Positions 13,031 to 30,048 of a stretch of DNA of 64,000 bases are shown here, piece after piece. Positions within the stretch are counted from its first letter, which is position 1, and each line of letters opens with the position of its first letter. Under the pieces are notes generated by a model that was not told where the DNA came from, did not search any database, and was given only the letters and a program-made list of their open reading frames with translations. This DNA is from the human T2T-CHM13v2.0 reference genome, Homo sapiens: NCBI GenBank assembly GCA_009914755.4, contig CP068257.2, forward strand, positions 16,512,001 to 16,576,000, given 5' to 3'. The position numbers and the translations under genes are program-made.

Positions 13031-14563
13031 AGAATTCAAACGGTGTTACTTCTGTTGTAGTTTTATTTATCAAGAGAGTCACAAAAATATTCTATCTTTC
13101 AGTGGCAGGGTAAATAATCTCCACCTTTTAATGAGAGAATGACAAAGTCCTAGACAAGTGTATTGAATCTAAATGACTCCTGTGGCCATTTTTAGAAAAT
13201 ACTACCTGCTACACTATTATTTTAAGATGAATTTTAAGTTGGAAGTTTTTGTTTTGTTCTTAACTTAGAATGTATACTGGCTTTCTGTTCTATATTACAA
13301 GTTATTACAGACTTGAGGCTTAAAACAGTAAAAATTTATTCTGTGGTTTCTGTAGATCAGAAATCTGGGCTCACCTTAGCTGAATTCTCTGCTCAGGGTT
13401 TCGTAAAGCTGGAATCAAGCTGTCAGCCAGGCCGCACCCTTTCTGGAGATAGGAGTCCTTATTTAAACTCTCATGATTAGTGGTAAAAATCAGTTCTGTG
13501 TGGCTCGGGGCTGAGGACCCTGTTCTCTTGCTGTTTGTCAGCTGGTGGATCTCCTAGTTCCTAGGATCTGCCTATAGCTCCTTGCCACATGTGCCCCACA
13601 AGCTCTCCATTAGACCCTCTTACGCTTCAAATGTATCTTCCAGGGAAGTTCCAGGTGCTCTTATGATTAGGACAGCCTCATTTGGAGGATCTTCCTTTTG
13701 ATTAACTTAAAATCAACTGACTAGTAACCTTAATTATACATACAAAATCCCTTTTGCCATGTAACATGGTACAATCAAGGGAGTGATACCCCTTATCATT
13801 ACAGGTTTTGACTACACTCAAAGGGAGGCAGTTGTATGAGGTATGAACATTAGGAAGTAGAAATCTTGGGGTCCGTCTTAGAATTCTGCCTTCCAGAGAA
13901 TGTTTATAACATTTCTCCATTAAACAATGCTAATTCGGGGTTTGAGATGTATGTGAGTACGTCTGTCTGATATAAAGGGTATCTATTTCTATTTCACAAT
14001 ACATCTTTGTCTTGTGAATTATTATGTTAAATTATATTAATATATTTTCAAATTTTATCAACTTGATATTCTTGAAATTACCTTACTTGATATTACTGAA
14101 TTCTTTTGTACTATAATTTTATTTAGGAGTTTAAATCATAATTTGTGGATATCCTTGATCCCATAGATTCCTTTTATTGTCCTGTCTTTTAGTTTGGGGA
14201 CCAATGTCATGTGGAACTGTGAAGAATTTCCCATCTTATACTTTGAGTGTTTTAAACAGCAATGGAGTTTTCTGTTCCATGAATGCTTGCTAATATGTAC
14301 CTATGAAAATATTTAAGCCTAGTAATTCTGTGGAATTTTTTGTAGGAATGGAAGTAGATTTCTTAATTTTTTTTAGATTCTCCTCTGGTAAAACAACTTG
14401 TTTTGTTTTTCTATTTCAGAGTCAGTTTGGTAATTCATGTTTTAAAAATATGTTTATTTAATCAGATTTTTAAATATAGTTGTATACAGGTGAGACAAAT
14501 ATCCAATTTTAGAATTGTTTAATCTTTTAAAATAAAAAGTTATTTCACCATTCCCATTTCTCT

Positions 14564-14567
<4 letters not shown>

Positions 14568-14609
<42 letters not shown>
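14568..14609. repeat. (TG)21 microsatellite
   Basis: Uninterrupted TG dinucleotide run seen directly. It lies 55 bp upstream of the Alu poly(T). Confidence 0.95.
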
Positions 14610-14611
<2 letters not shown>

Positions 14612-14620
14612 TTTGGATGA

Positions 14621-14961
<341 letters not shown>

Positions 14962-15144
14962 TTTATTAAGATTTTTGAAGGATCAGCTCTTTGATTTATT
15001 TCTACCATTTTAAAATTCACCACTTTATCTTTGTATCTGTTTATTTTTTTCTTTTATTTTTGTTATTTAAACTAACATTAAAACAAGCCTATGATGTAAG
15101 TAGGCTATTTGTACCCTTTTGCAAATGAGAAACCTGAGACCTGG

Positions 15145-15688
15145 TGTGATGGTTGATATTGAGTGTCAACTTGATCAGATTGAAAAATGCAAAGTATTGT
15201 TCCTGGGTTTGTCTGTGTGGGTGTTTCCAAAAAAGATTAATATTTGAGTCAGTGGACTGGGAGAGGCAGACTCACCCTCAATCTGGGCAGGCACCATCTA
15301 ATCAGCTGCCAGTGTGGCTAGGATAAAAGCAGGCAGAGGAACATGAAAAGACCAGACTGGCTGAGTCTTCTGGCCTCCATCTTTCTCCTGTGCTGAATTC
15401 TTCCTGCCCTCAAATATCGGACTCCAAGTTCTTCAACTTTTGGACTCCTGGACCTATACCAGTGGTTTGCCAGGGTCTCTCAGACCTTCCCACCGCAAAC
15501 TGAAGGCTGCCCTGTTGGCTTCACTACTTTTGAGGTTTTGGGACTCAGATTGGCTTCCTTGCTCCTCAGCTTGCAGATGGTGGGACTTCACCTTGTGATC
15601 GTGTGAGTCAATATGCCTTAATAAAGTCTCTTTTATGTGTACAACTATCCTATTAGGTCTGTCCCTCTAGAAAACCCTGACTAATACA
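15145..15688 (+). mobile_element. ERVL-type solo LTR (MLT2-like), apparently complete with TG...CA termini
   Basis: Starts tgtgatggttgatattgagtgtcaacttgatcag...gtctgtgtgggtgtttccaaaaaagattaatatttgagtcagtggactgggagaggcagactcaccctcaatctgggcaggcaccatctaatcagctgcc and ends ...gtgggacttcaccttgtgatcgtgtgagtcaatatgccttaataaagtctc...ctattaggtctgtccctctagaaaaccctgactaataca. Confidence 0.65.
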
Positions 15689-15794
15689 TCTGGGGAGGCT
15701 GACTAACGTGCCTATGGTCATAGTCAGTGGGTGGCAGAGCTTAAATTTAAATCCAAGCATTTTTGCTCCAGAACTTGAGTTGTCAGCACTAATG

Positions 15795-19200
<3,406 letters not shown>

Positions 19201-20099
19201 ACTGGCCAGCTAATGATTGAATTGGACAGAGTTTTCCTTAAAAGCCTTGAAAGTATGTCTCCTTCCTAATTCCAAGGGACTCTTTAAGAGTGTTGGTGCA
19301 TACCTTCAATGCTCCAGCAATTTACAACTGTGCCTTAATCTTCACTTTCTACCTGTACAGATCCTCAAGATTAGCCACATGTGAGAAGATAGGGACTTTC
19401 CATGTCTTTCCTAGGCAGGGGCACAGCCTTACATATTTTCATGACCATTTAAATTCCTAAGAATATGTCAGAGTTTTTCAAATTCCCCTATGAGCATCTC
19501 ATCCCACAGCTTTTCCTTTTATTTTTTTTTCTTTTGAGCCTCTTATTTGCTCCAGTTATTATCCCTGCTTTAAGCAGGTGTTGTGTTAGACAGTTGCCAC
19601 TGTTTTACTTTTCTGACAAACCTTAGGAAAATGTTATTCACAGTGAGTGAGCTCTGAACCAGGTTAAATAAAGACAAGTCCTGTGAGTGGAGGTTTCCGG
19701 AGAGCAGCCAGACAGGTCCAATAATGATATTTCTCTGGGAATAAGACTTTTGGGTTTAAAACAGTTCTAAACCTCTTTTGCCCCAGTCAGTGGCTGCTAG
19801 GCTAGAGTTCTTATATCTAACTTTATTGTACACCTATTTATTTTTTCAGGGTCACTTCAGAGGTAGAGAGATAGCTATGGGATTAATTCACATTGAAATA
19901 CAACAAAGACAGCTTTCCTTACCCAGATTCAGCCATTTTTTTTTTAATGGAATAAACATTCTTCAAATTGGTACTATTTTGGTTACTTACAGAGTTTTGA
20001 AAAAGTTGATTCTGACAATTTTTACTAGTGTTCTTATCATTTTTACAGAAGAGTGGATCTTCAGAAGTCCTTGTTCCCTCATTGCAGAAGTCCCATCTT

Positions 20100-20340
20100 C
20101 TATTTGGTTTTCTATGCTGTGTAACAACCAAAAATTTTGACTTAAAACAACACCCATTTATTGCCTCTCAGTTAATAAAGGTCAGAAATGTGAGTACTGC
20201 TCAGGAGGGTTCTTTGCTCAGAGTTTCTGAAAAGCTGAAATCAGGGTGTCATCTTGGGGTAGGTTCTCATCTGGAGCTGTGGTCCTCTCCCAAGCCCATT
20301 CAGTTTACTGGCAGAATTTAGTTTACTGGTGGAATTCAGT
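20100..20340 (-). mobile_element. MaLR/ERVL-class LTR fragment (3' end, antisense)
   Basis: ctgtgtaacaaccaaaaattttgacttaaaacaacacccatttattgcctctcagttaataaaggtcagaaatgtgagtactgctcagg...gctgaaatcagggtgtcatcttgg resembles the LTR-end motif ctgtgtaacaaattaccccaaaacttagtggcttaaaacaacaaccatttattatctcacagtttctgtgggtcaggaattc.... Confidence 0.35.
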
Positions 20341-21462
20341 TCCTTGCAGTTTTAGATCTGAGGCTCTCAGCTCCTAGAGGCCACTCCACGCTATAGGCAG
20401 TTAAGAACATGGCTGCTTGCTTTTTTAAAACCAGAAATATAATATCCCTCTCACTTCTTACGTCTCTGACCTCTATACCCTTTGTTAAAAAGCTTATCTG
20501 CTTATGCAGCTTCATCCAGGATAATATCTCCATTAGTTAACCTAAATTCAATTGATTAGAGACTTTAATTACACCTTCTGAATCTCTTCATCTTTGTCAC
20601 TTAACACGATATGATCACAGGAGGAATGTTTCATCACCTTTGTCATATTCATTTTTCAGGAGCAAGTTATAGGTCCCATACATACTCATGAAGAAGGCAT
20701 TATCCAAGGTCACGGGCCATTGAGATTGTCATAGCATCCTGTCTACCTCCTATAGTAAATTATAAGAAGTTTTTATTTTGTTAATCGGTTCAGTCATTTT
20801 AATTTATATTTTTGTATCTTCATAATGTAATAATCACATCAAGCATTACTATAGAGTAATAGCATACTGACTATATTCCAAATGACAAATGTAGTCAAAA
20901 TCTAATGCTCAGTGTGACAAGAGCAAGTTCTTGTAAAGTATGGTCTTTTCAGGGCTTGCTTAGGTTGGGGATTTGCTATTGATTACACAAATATATTTTG
21001 CTGCTTTAATTCTGCTCTCAAGGCCTTAGTCAATAATCAAAAGTCTATGCTATCTACATTGGTCTTCTTCCAATGTAAATATATTTTCTTGCTACGGGAT
21101 GAGAAAATATTTATATTGTTAATACCAAGTTTCCCATGAATGGGTTATTTTCTCAGAGTGTTTTATATGAGGAGCAATGTTGAGCTTCACAGGATAAAGG
21201 TATCCCTTTTAGATGTAAGTAAAGGCTAAATTAAAAAAAAATTATGCAACCAAATGAAAATTATAATGTACATGTTTGACCCAATCTTGACTTGTTTGTA
21301 AGGTACTTATAACACTACTATTTATCCCTGATAAAAATTTTAAAAACGAGTTTCTAAAATGAAATGCCAAAATACCTTCAAACAGAAAAAAATCTAAATA
21401 ACCATCCGTACTGTTCATAAATAGTTTTTTGGCAGGGAGGTAGAAGGGGAAACAAATACAGG

Positions 21463-21481
21463 AGATATATATATATATCTT

Positions 21482-21522
<41 letters not shown>

Positions 21523-21523
21523 T

Positions 21524-21558
<35 letters not shown>

Positions 21559-21633
21559 TGGTATATATATATATATATCTTGGTATATATATATATCTTG
21601 GTATATATATATATATATATATATATATCTTGG

Positions 21634-21662
<29 letters not shown>
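21463..21662. repeat. compound AT-rich array: seven (TA)n blocks (n about 6-19) separated by six CTTGG punctuations
   Basis: gagatatatatatatatcttggtatatat...(TA)19...cttggta...(TA)14...cttggta... seen directly. The ORFs 21378..21668(-) (YIYIYI) and 21480..21662(+) are translation artefacts of this array. Confidence 0.95.
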
Positions 21663-21665
<3 letters not shown>

Positions 21666-22813
21666 CAAGTCTCTCAGAGTAGTGGTGTTTCAGTTATTTT
21701 CATTTACATTATCAAAGGAAATCCTGTGTTCAAAAACAAACTTAAAAAATAATGTAACGCTAGATATGGAGATTGTATTTGAAAATCATATATACACAGC
21801 ACACAAAATAATTTTTTCTTGCAATTTTTTTATACTAGGTAAAGTGCTATTCCAAGAATTGGATTCGATATCTACTAGTTTTCTTTGAAATTTAATGCTA
21901 AAGTTTGAATTAAATGAAATTTTTATGACATCAATAATTCTAAAATTCTTTAAGGACTACATTGGATTATAAAACACAGTCACTCTTAGCCATTAACTTT
22001 CATACTTAAGGCCAAGTTTATAAGCTTTTCTTAATTTGTCATTTTTTGAAGATACAATTATTGCTGACAGGGCTTTTGGAGATAACTAATGGATGAATGT
22101 ATGAGTGTGCAAAAAATATGTTAAAATGATTAAATTGATTTTTTTTAATCAGAAAGAACTGGACCAGAAAGTTCCACTTGAATCAATTAGGGAAACATAC
22201 ACTCACTTTCTAACCTGGCAGAGCTTGTTTGTCAGGCCTGGACAAGGATAAAATTGTACCTTATTTTGTGCCACAGATGTAGTTCTGAGGGTTTACTTGT
22301 GCTTTGTGGTTTTGCAGATCAAACCAAATTTAAAATAGTAAGATAGATGCCTAGATATAAAGGCATTTTAGCAAATTCTTAGAGTAAATCATTGTGGTTT
22401 AGCATGCAGACTCTGAAAAAGTATCTGTGCTCAAATCCTTGATTTTCCACTTTCAGCTATGTTTCTTTTAGCAAGACAAACTTCCCCCTTGTTTCTTTAT
22501 TTGTGAAATGCATATAATACTAGTTGATATCCCATACATTTGTAGACAGGATTGAGTTAATTCTGTGAAGCACTTAGACTAATGTGAATATTGTATGAAC
22601 TGGTTATTATCTTCTGTTAAAACATTTACTTTATAGTGTGATTTTTCTGCTTTTATGTATTGAGGCTCTCTAAATTGCAGTACAGATGCATTAATGATAC
22701 CCAGTAAAGGAATCCTCATTTACCATGGTATCTTACATACCCATCCAGTGTCTTTTTGTCTTTTTCATCTATTCATTCATTTGGCAAATATTTTCAGAGA
22801 TGCCACTGTGTAC

Positions 22814-23110
22814 CAGGTAGTGGTGGCTCATGCCTGTAATCTCAGCACTTTGGGAGACCAAGGTGGATGGATCACGAGGTCAGGAGTTTGAGACCAGCCT
22901 GGCCAACATAGTGAAATCCCATATCTACTAAAAATACAAAAAATTAGCTGGGCGTGGTGGTGTGTGCCTATAATCCCAGCTACTCAGGAGGCTGAGGCAG
23001 GAGAATTGCGTGAACCTGGGAGGCGGAGGTTGCAGTGAGCCGAGATGGCGCCATTGCACTCCAGCCCGGGCGACAGTGCGAGACTGTCTGGAGAAAAAAA
23101 AAAAAAGAAA
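22814..23110 (+). mobile_element. Alu (AluS-like), sense, 13-nt poly(A)
   Basis: ccaggtagtggtggctcatgcctgtaatctcagcactttgggagaccaaggtggatggatcacgaggtcaggagtttgagaccagcctggccaacatagtgaaatcc...gagactgtctggag a13. Confidence 0.95.
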
Positions 23111-25899
23111 GATATTGTTCCTTCCCTCCTGGAATTTATAATCAGATAAAGGAGACAGATGAAAAAGTAACCAATAAATGGAATACAGCTTGTAACAAAT
23201 TATATGGAACAAGCAAACGGTACTGAGATAGAGAGTATCAAAAGAGAGGCTGTTACTGGATAATCTGGAAAGTCCTCTTTGAGGAGATGACATTCAAACT
23301 AACCTTGAATTTTTAAGAGCCAGAGAGTGGCTGGCAAAGGATTCTAGACATGTGAAAGAAAGGCATGAAAGACCCTGGCTTGTGAAAAGAGCTAAAGACA
23401 ACATCATTGTGGCAATGGAGAAAACAAACCTTTTCTTTTGGTGAAGGGATTAGAAGTTCAGTTTTACAAATACTAATTTTGTTAAGTGTTTTAGACATCC
23501 AAAGAGATTTATAGTAGTAATTAAATATATAGATCTAAAACTCAAAAGAGTCTGAGGATGGAGAAATAATTGGAAAATAAAGACATGCCGGTTATATTTA
23601 AATCCATATGACTGAATAAGATCACCTAAGGAACAAGTTTATAAAAAGAAGATCAAGGACTGAAAAAACAGGAACAAAAACATTTAGAGATAAGTTAGAA
23701 GAATTGGCAAAGAAATATGTGAAAAAGAAGCTTAATGAGATTAAGAAAATCTGGAGAGTGTGAGGTCAGCTACTCTAGGTCCATTATTAGGGATACAGTT
23801 AAGACCTTCATGTAGTCTGTTAGTTATATCTGTTTCATAAAATCAAAGGCTAGAGCCTCTTAAAACAGTATGGTAAGATTTCATGTTCATTGTGCATATC
23901 TATATACTATAGCTAAAGACATCAATAGTTACTATAAACAACAGATAAAAATGAACACATATAAATGAACTTCATGATTTACTCTTGTTCTAAGATATGC
24001 ATAACAAAATGTACCATTGCCTCCCTTGTGTTGGCAAATACAATTAATTCCTTCAGAGTAGCGAAGTTTTGTTTGAGTTTTTTGAAGCTTGTTTATCTAA
24101 TGCTATCTATTGTCCTTGAGTTCAAGCAAAATTAGTATTTTTTCCAAAGATTAAAAACTATTGCAGAAAAGTATGCTTGAACTAAATGTATTTTCAGCCC
24201 AAGGATAAGTAGATTCAACTTTAGTGGCAATTTGAAACCAAAAAGGGTTTATTGAAATGGAGGAATGTTATGATCAAAGATGTAATTTAGGAAAATTATT
24301 TTATAGATAGGATGAAGGAGGGGTAGGAGAAGAGAAATTGGAGGCAAGAGTACAAGGATGATCAAGAGGGGATGAACATGTGACCCATGAGACAGGCAAC
24401 ATAAGGAAGACAAAAAGGAAAATAAACACAACATTCATTGCAGAAAGAAGATAAAACTTAATTATAGGTTGTTGGGGTAAGGGATTAGAAGGAATCCATT
24501 ATTTGCAGAGAGTCTTGAGCTATGAGGTTAATAACAAAATGTTATTAAAATTATATTAAAAAATAAAGAATTTAAATCAAGAATACACCACAATTTCTGA
24601 CTTCTTCATCAAAAAAGTCCAAAGTGTGATAATAATTATACAAATAATAACACTAACAAGGGCAGAAATTGCTATAGTATTCAGTATATACTAAGTACCA
24701 CATTAAGAGAATTAAATATATTATGGTAAATCCTACAAATGCAAGGCAGGCATTAGTAAACCTATTTTGTGGTTTAGTAAACAGGTTGAAAAAGTTTATG
24801 TAAATTGTTTAACATTCTTAAACAGCAAATAAACTGAATAACTGAGATTTAAATAATCCAGTTTCTTCTTACTCTAGAGTCTAGCTCTTTCCTTTATATA
24901 GATATTTATTGTTTGCTTCTTTTATATTTTTCTGTGTATGTAGCTTCAGCATAATTCATGGCACACAAAATTTACAAAATTATATTTTGACTTTATCTCA
25001 ATGGAATCCATGATGATCTGACACATTGGGCAATTTAGTATCAATCTACTTCACAAACAAATTATCTTTTGACCCAAAATTGAAATGCACAGATACTTCA
25101 TAGACAGAGGGATAATGCCAGAAAACGTGCCAACATTTGTGAACAAAATCGTACCAGTCTAGTCAATGAGTTAGGTTTCTTTAGGTTAAACTAATTATCA
25201 AAATTTTGTTCACTTTAAGATTTACTTAATGTTATATTATCTACTTGACAACATTAATGAATTATTTAAGATACACTTTGAAGAAAAATTAACTGAGTTT
25301 ATTCCATTGGTTTAGAGTGGCACATCACTGGTAAATTATTTATAATACATTTTCAGGAATAAACTTGAGTTTATTCAACTGGTTTAGAATAAACAAATTT
25401 GTTAATCTTTGAGAAAGCTATTTACTTGGTCCAAATAAAAATATCTATTTTCATTGAGAGCACTGCTGTGATGTTTCTCAATATTTTCATTTCCTCTCCA
25501 ATTTCCACAGTAGATCTAACCTTGAGAAATTCGCTTGGGATAAGTATTAGGCATCAGTCTCATGGTTGCTAATAATTAGCTTAGAGGTCTCCTAGTTGAT
25601 TAAGTGTAAAGCCACCACTTTTACAATGTAATTTTCTAATATAGTTCAAATTATACTTTGTGATATAAATTTCCTAACTATATACCAGACACAAGTTAAT
25701 TATTTTCATGAGGCTGTTTGAAAAGTCCGTATTCTACAGTATTTCCTTAGATTTTATGAGTTTTAGTGACATGAGGTGACAGTGGTAACTACAGGTACTA
25801 TTTTCTGCTTTGCAGTAGTTTGCTTTATCTTTTTCCTTTCCATGTCCAAAAGTAAGTTTTTATTTCAGATTATCACAATTCATATCACACTCATAACTA

Positions 25900-26400
25900 C
25901 AGTTGACCACTGAACAATGTGGTATTCATTGCTGGCCCCCCTTCCAGTTAAAATTTATGTGTAACTTTTGACTCCCCAAAAACTTAACTAATGAAAGTCT
26001 ACTGTTGACTGGAAACCTTAGTGATAACATAAACTATTGATTAACACATATTTTATCTGTTACATGTATTATATACTGTATTCTTGCAATAAAGTACACT
26101 AGAGAAAAGAAAATGTTAAGAAAATCATAAGGAAGAGGAAATACATTAACTATTCATTAAGTGGAAGTGAGTCATCCTACAGGTCTTCATCCCCACCCTC
26201 TTCATGCTGAGTAGGCTGAGGAGGAAGAAGAGGAGAAGGGGTTGGTCTTGCTCTCTCAGGGGTGGCAGAGGTGGAAGAAAATCTGTATATAAATGGCCTG
26301 TGCAGTTCAAATCTGTGTTGTTTAAGCATCAACCATAGAGTTTAGTCATGTATGTTAGAAAGTGTTGTGGTTATCAATTGTTTTTGTTACTGTTGAGTTT
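25900..26400 (+). mobile_element. TcMar-Tigger-like DNA transposon fragment (TIR-like start cagttgacc...)
   Basis: cagttgaccactgaacaatgtggtattcattgctggccccccttccagttaaaatttatgtgtaacttttgactcccc resembles Tigger/MER2-type termini (cagttgaccc.tgaacaacacggg...). The 3' limit is uncertain. Confidence 0.35.
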
Positions 26401-27613
26401 CAGCTTTGATACACATACCCTATTTGTTTACTATGGGATTGCATCAGAGGATGGAGCCAATAAAGTAATGTCTTCTGGAAGTTTATCTTGTTTCTTGCCA
26501 GTTTTCCAAAACCCTGTCTTCTGTTGATAAGAATTAAATATTGTTAAAAAGAAAGCTAACCACCCCCAAGCACATAAACTTATCCTTGATATTGCTTTCA
26601 AACCTTTGAAACCTCAAGAAACTTGAGGCCTCAAGTTGAAAACCGCCATTTGTGGAGTTTTGAGGTGGTGCAGGACTTACCCATTTGCTTTGGAAAAAAT
26701 CTCGGTCAGGTTTCTCCTTTGGTCTCTATTTGTTCCACTTGCCCTTTGACCCACTTGACCCATTTCTGTCTTTAGTCCAAACACTTGGGAGTCAGCCTCT
26801 GTTCGTCGATTCCTGTCTTAATTACTTTGTTTTTCAGAATACCACCTTGAAATCATTTCTGTCATTCTACTCACCATTTTGAATTGATTCTATGTGGTTT
26901 CTGGTTTCAGATTTGCTAGCACCAACCTAAGCCAGTTACGGCTCTTGCTTTAGTATTTCTCATCAGCCTACTCTCAATTGGTAGAAACTTTTGCAAGTCC
27001 TCTTATTTCTACCACTCTAGAGTTGTGGCAGTTTTACCCTTTAGTCAAAGAACAGCTTTTGGGGATAAGTAAATCAAGAGGCCTTCACTTTATCTTGATT
27101 CTCCTGTTCTTGTTGGTATGTAGGGACCAATTATGTCTGATAATGACCTTTCTTTTTCCTCCACTCTCCTTTTCCTTGTACTTCACAGAGGACTCATGAG
27201 ATTTCTAAATGTAAACTCTTTACACAAGCAACATCAGGAATGTTTAGATATATATTTATGAATAAATTAAAATGTCTAAAATATTTCCATTTTTTGTCAA
27301 CGTACCTGTCTTAACACTGTAATTTTTAATTTTTGTTGACAACATATGACCTTCTTATTTATGTATTTTAATTGTGACATTGTTTAATAATTTTTATTAA
27401 CTGAAACAAATTTGAAGCATTTGGAGTGACTATAGGGTAGATATTAAGGGTATGGGCTCTAGTGATACCATAGCTCTGCTACTTTATTCTGCTTCATATT
27501 TCACATCTATAAGAAGATAATAATAGTACCTAGTTTATAGTATTGTTGTAGGGATTAAATGAGCTGACTCATGTAAAGCACCAATGCCTAGGTTATAGTT
27601 AGCATTTTGATGA

Positions 27614-27939
<326 letters not shown>

Positions 27940-28744
27940 AATTATTGGTAACATCTTAAGACAAAGCTGTACTTTGAGAAACTGCATGTTTCCTGTTACA
28001 GAAATTTTTTAAAATCCACAGCTCAAAGTAGAAGTAACCTTGTATCTTCTTACGGTACATTATTACGTAGTTATTAATTTGCCTACACAATATTATCTCA
28101 GAAGGACTCCTGCCAATGTGGATGAGGCATTGTGTGTTGCTCAAGATCCCAGTGTTCACCCAGTTGGTGCAAATAAATACTGGAGCAAATTCTAAACGTG
28201 TGATCAAACAGGGTGTTTTAAAACTAGTTACACATATTTATCAGGCTACTGCAGGGGAGGCCAAATATTGTTTAGGAGTTTCGCATATGGAATCAGCTAG
28301 AATTACCTTCATCTTTTCTGCTCTTTACTAGGCTTATAAATTGGGGCAATTAATCAAAACTTTTTGAACTTCAATTTCTCCATGTGTAAACATATTAATA
28401 ACACTTATTTGTCAGAGGATTGTTAGGAGTATTAAATTAATTTGAATACAAAATGCTAAGCCTAGAACATAGTAAATGCTAAATAAATTATAATCAATAG
28501 CAACAGATTTTTATTAGTAGTGTCATTACTAGTCAATGTTACTAATATTATTTAGGCATTTAAATAGTACTTAGAGTACTTGTTATTATTTCTTTTATTC
28601 CTATTCCTATTTATTCTCAGGTAGGGTGAAGTGTTATGAATAGGAATGTGAAGGGAAGGGTGATATGTAATTTAACCTGGCACAAATGAATTGTGAACTG
28701 TTATGTATATGTTCATACATTATCACATTGTGAAAGTGTTGCAC

Positions 28745-29710
<966 letters not shown>

Positions 29711-29924
29711 TTTGAAGACTACTCTTGAAATTTAATATGAGTAAAAAATTTGAGGTTCAGACAATTTAAGATGATCATCCATGGCTGTATCAAAAGAATA
29801 AAGTGAAGGCAGAAGTCAGGGTTTGAGCCTGGCTCTAGCTGGCTCTAAGGCCTGTGCTCTTTCTCCACTGGCATAAAAAGTCTTCAAGAAACATTAGCCG
29901 GTAACTATGTCTGGTGATGAATGT

Positions 29925-30048
29925 GTTAACTGACTTGATTGTGGTAATCATTTCAGAATGCATGAGTGTGTAAAATCATCACACTATACATCTTAAATAT
30001 GTACAATTTTGTCAGTTCTATCTCAATAAAGCTGGAAAAAAAGGATCT
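29925..30048 (+). mobile_element. L1M 3'-terminal fragment (sense) with a short poly(A)
   Basis: gtgttaactgacttgattgtggtaatcatttcagaatgcatgagtgtgtaaaatcatcacactatacatcttaaatatgtacaattttgtcagttctatctcaataaagctggaaaaaaa resembles the L1MB 3' terminus ...gtggtgatggttgcacaactctgtgaatatactaaaaaccactgaactgtacacttaaaaatggtgaattttatggtatgtgaattatatctcaataaaaaaa. Confidence 0.45.

Noticed and set aside
19778-20140. A 120-aa plus-strand ORF in a region without an obvious young repeat.
   Set aside because: The sequence is low-complexity and hydrophobic, has no recognisable domain, and overlaps a MaLR-like fragment at its 3' end. Length and composition are within the random expectation for AT-rich DNA.
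21463-21662. A CRISPR-like look: short repeats (cttgg) regularly punctuating variable-length intervening sequence.
   Set aside because: The spacers are pure (TA)n of varying length, not unique sequence, and the repeat is only 5 nt. The context is primate DNA with no cas genes. It is a eukaryotic compound microsatellite.
21378-21888. ORFs of 96, 60 and 102 aa composed of YIYIYI repeats.
   Set aside because: They are a translation artefact of the (TA)n/CTTGG compound repeat.
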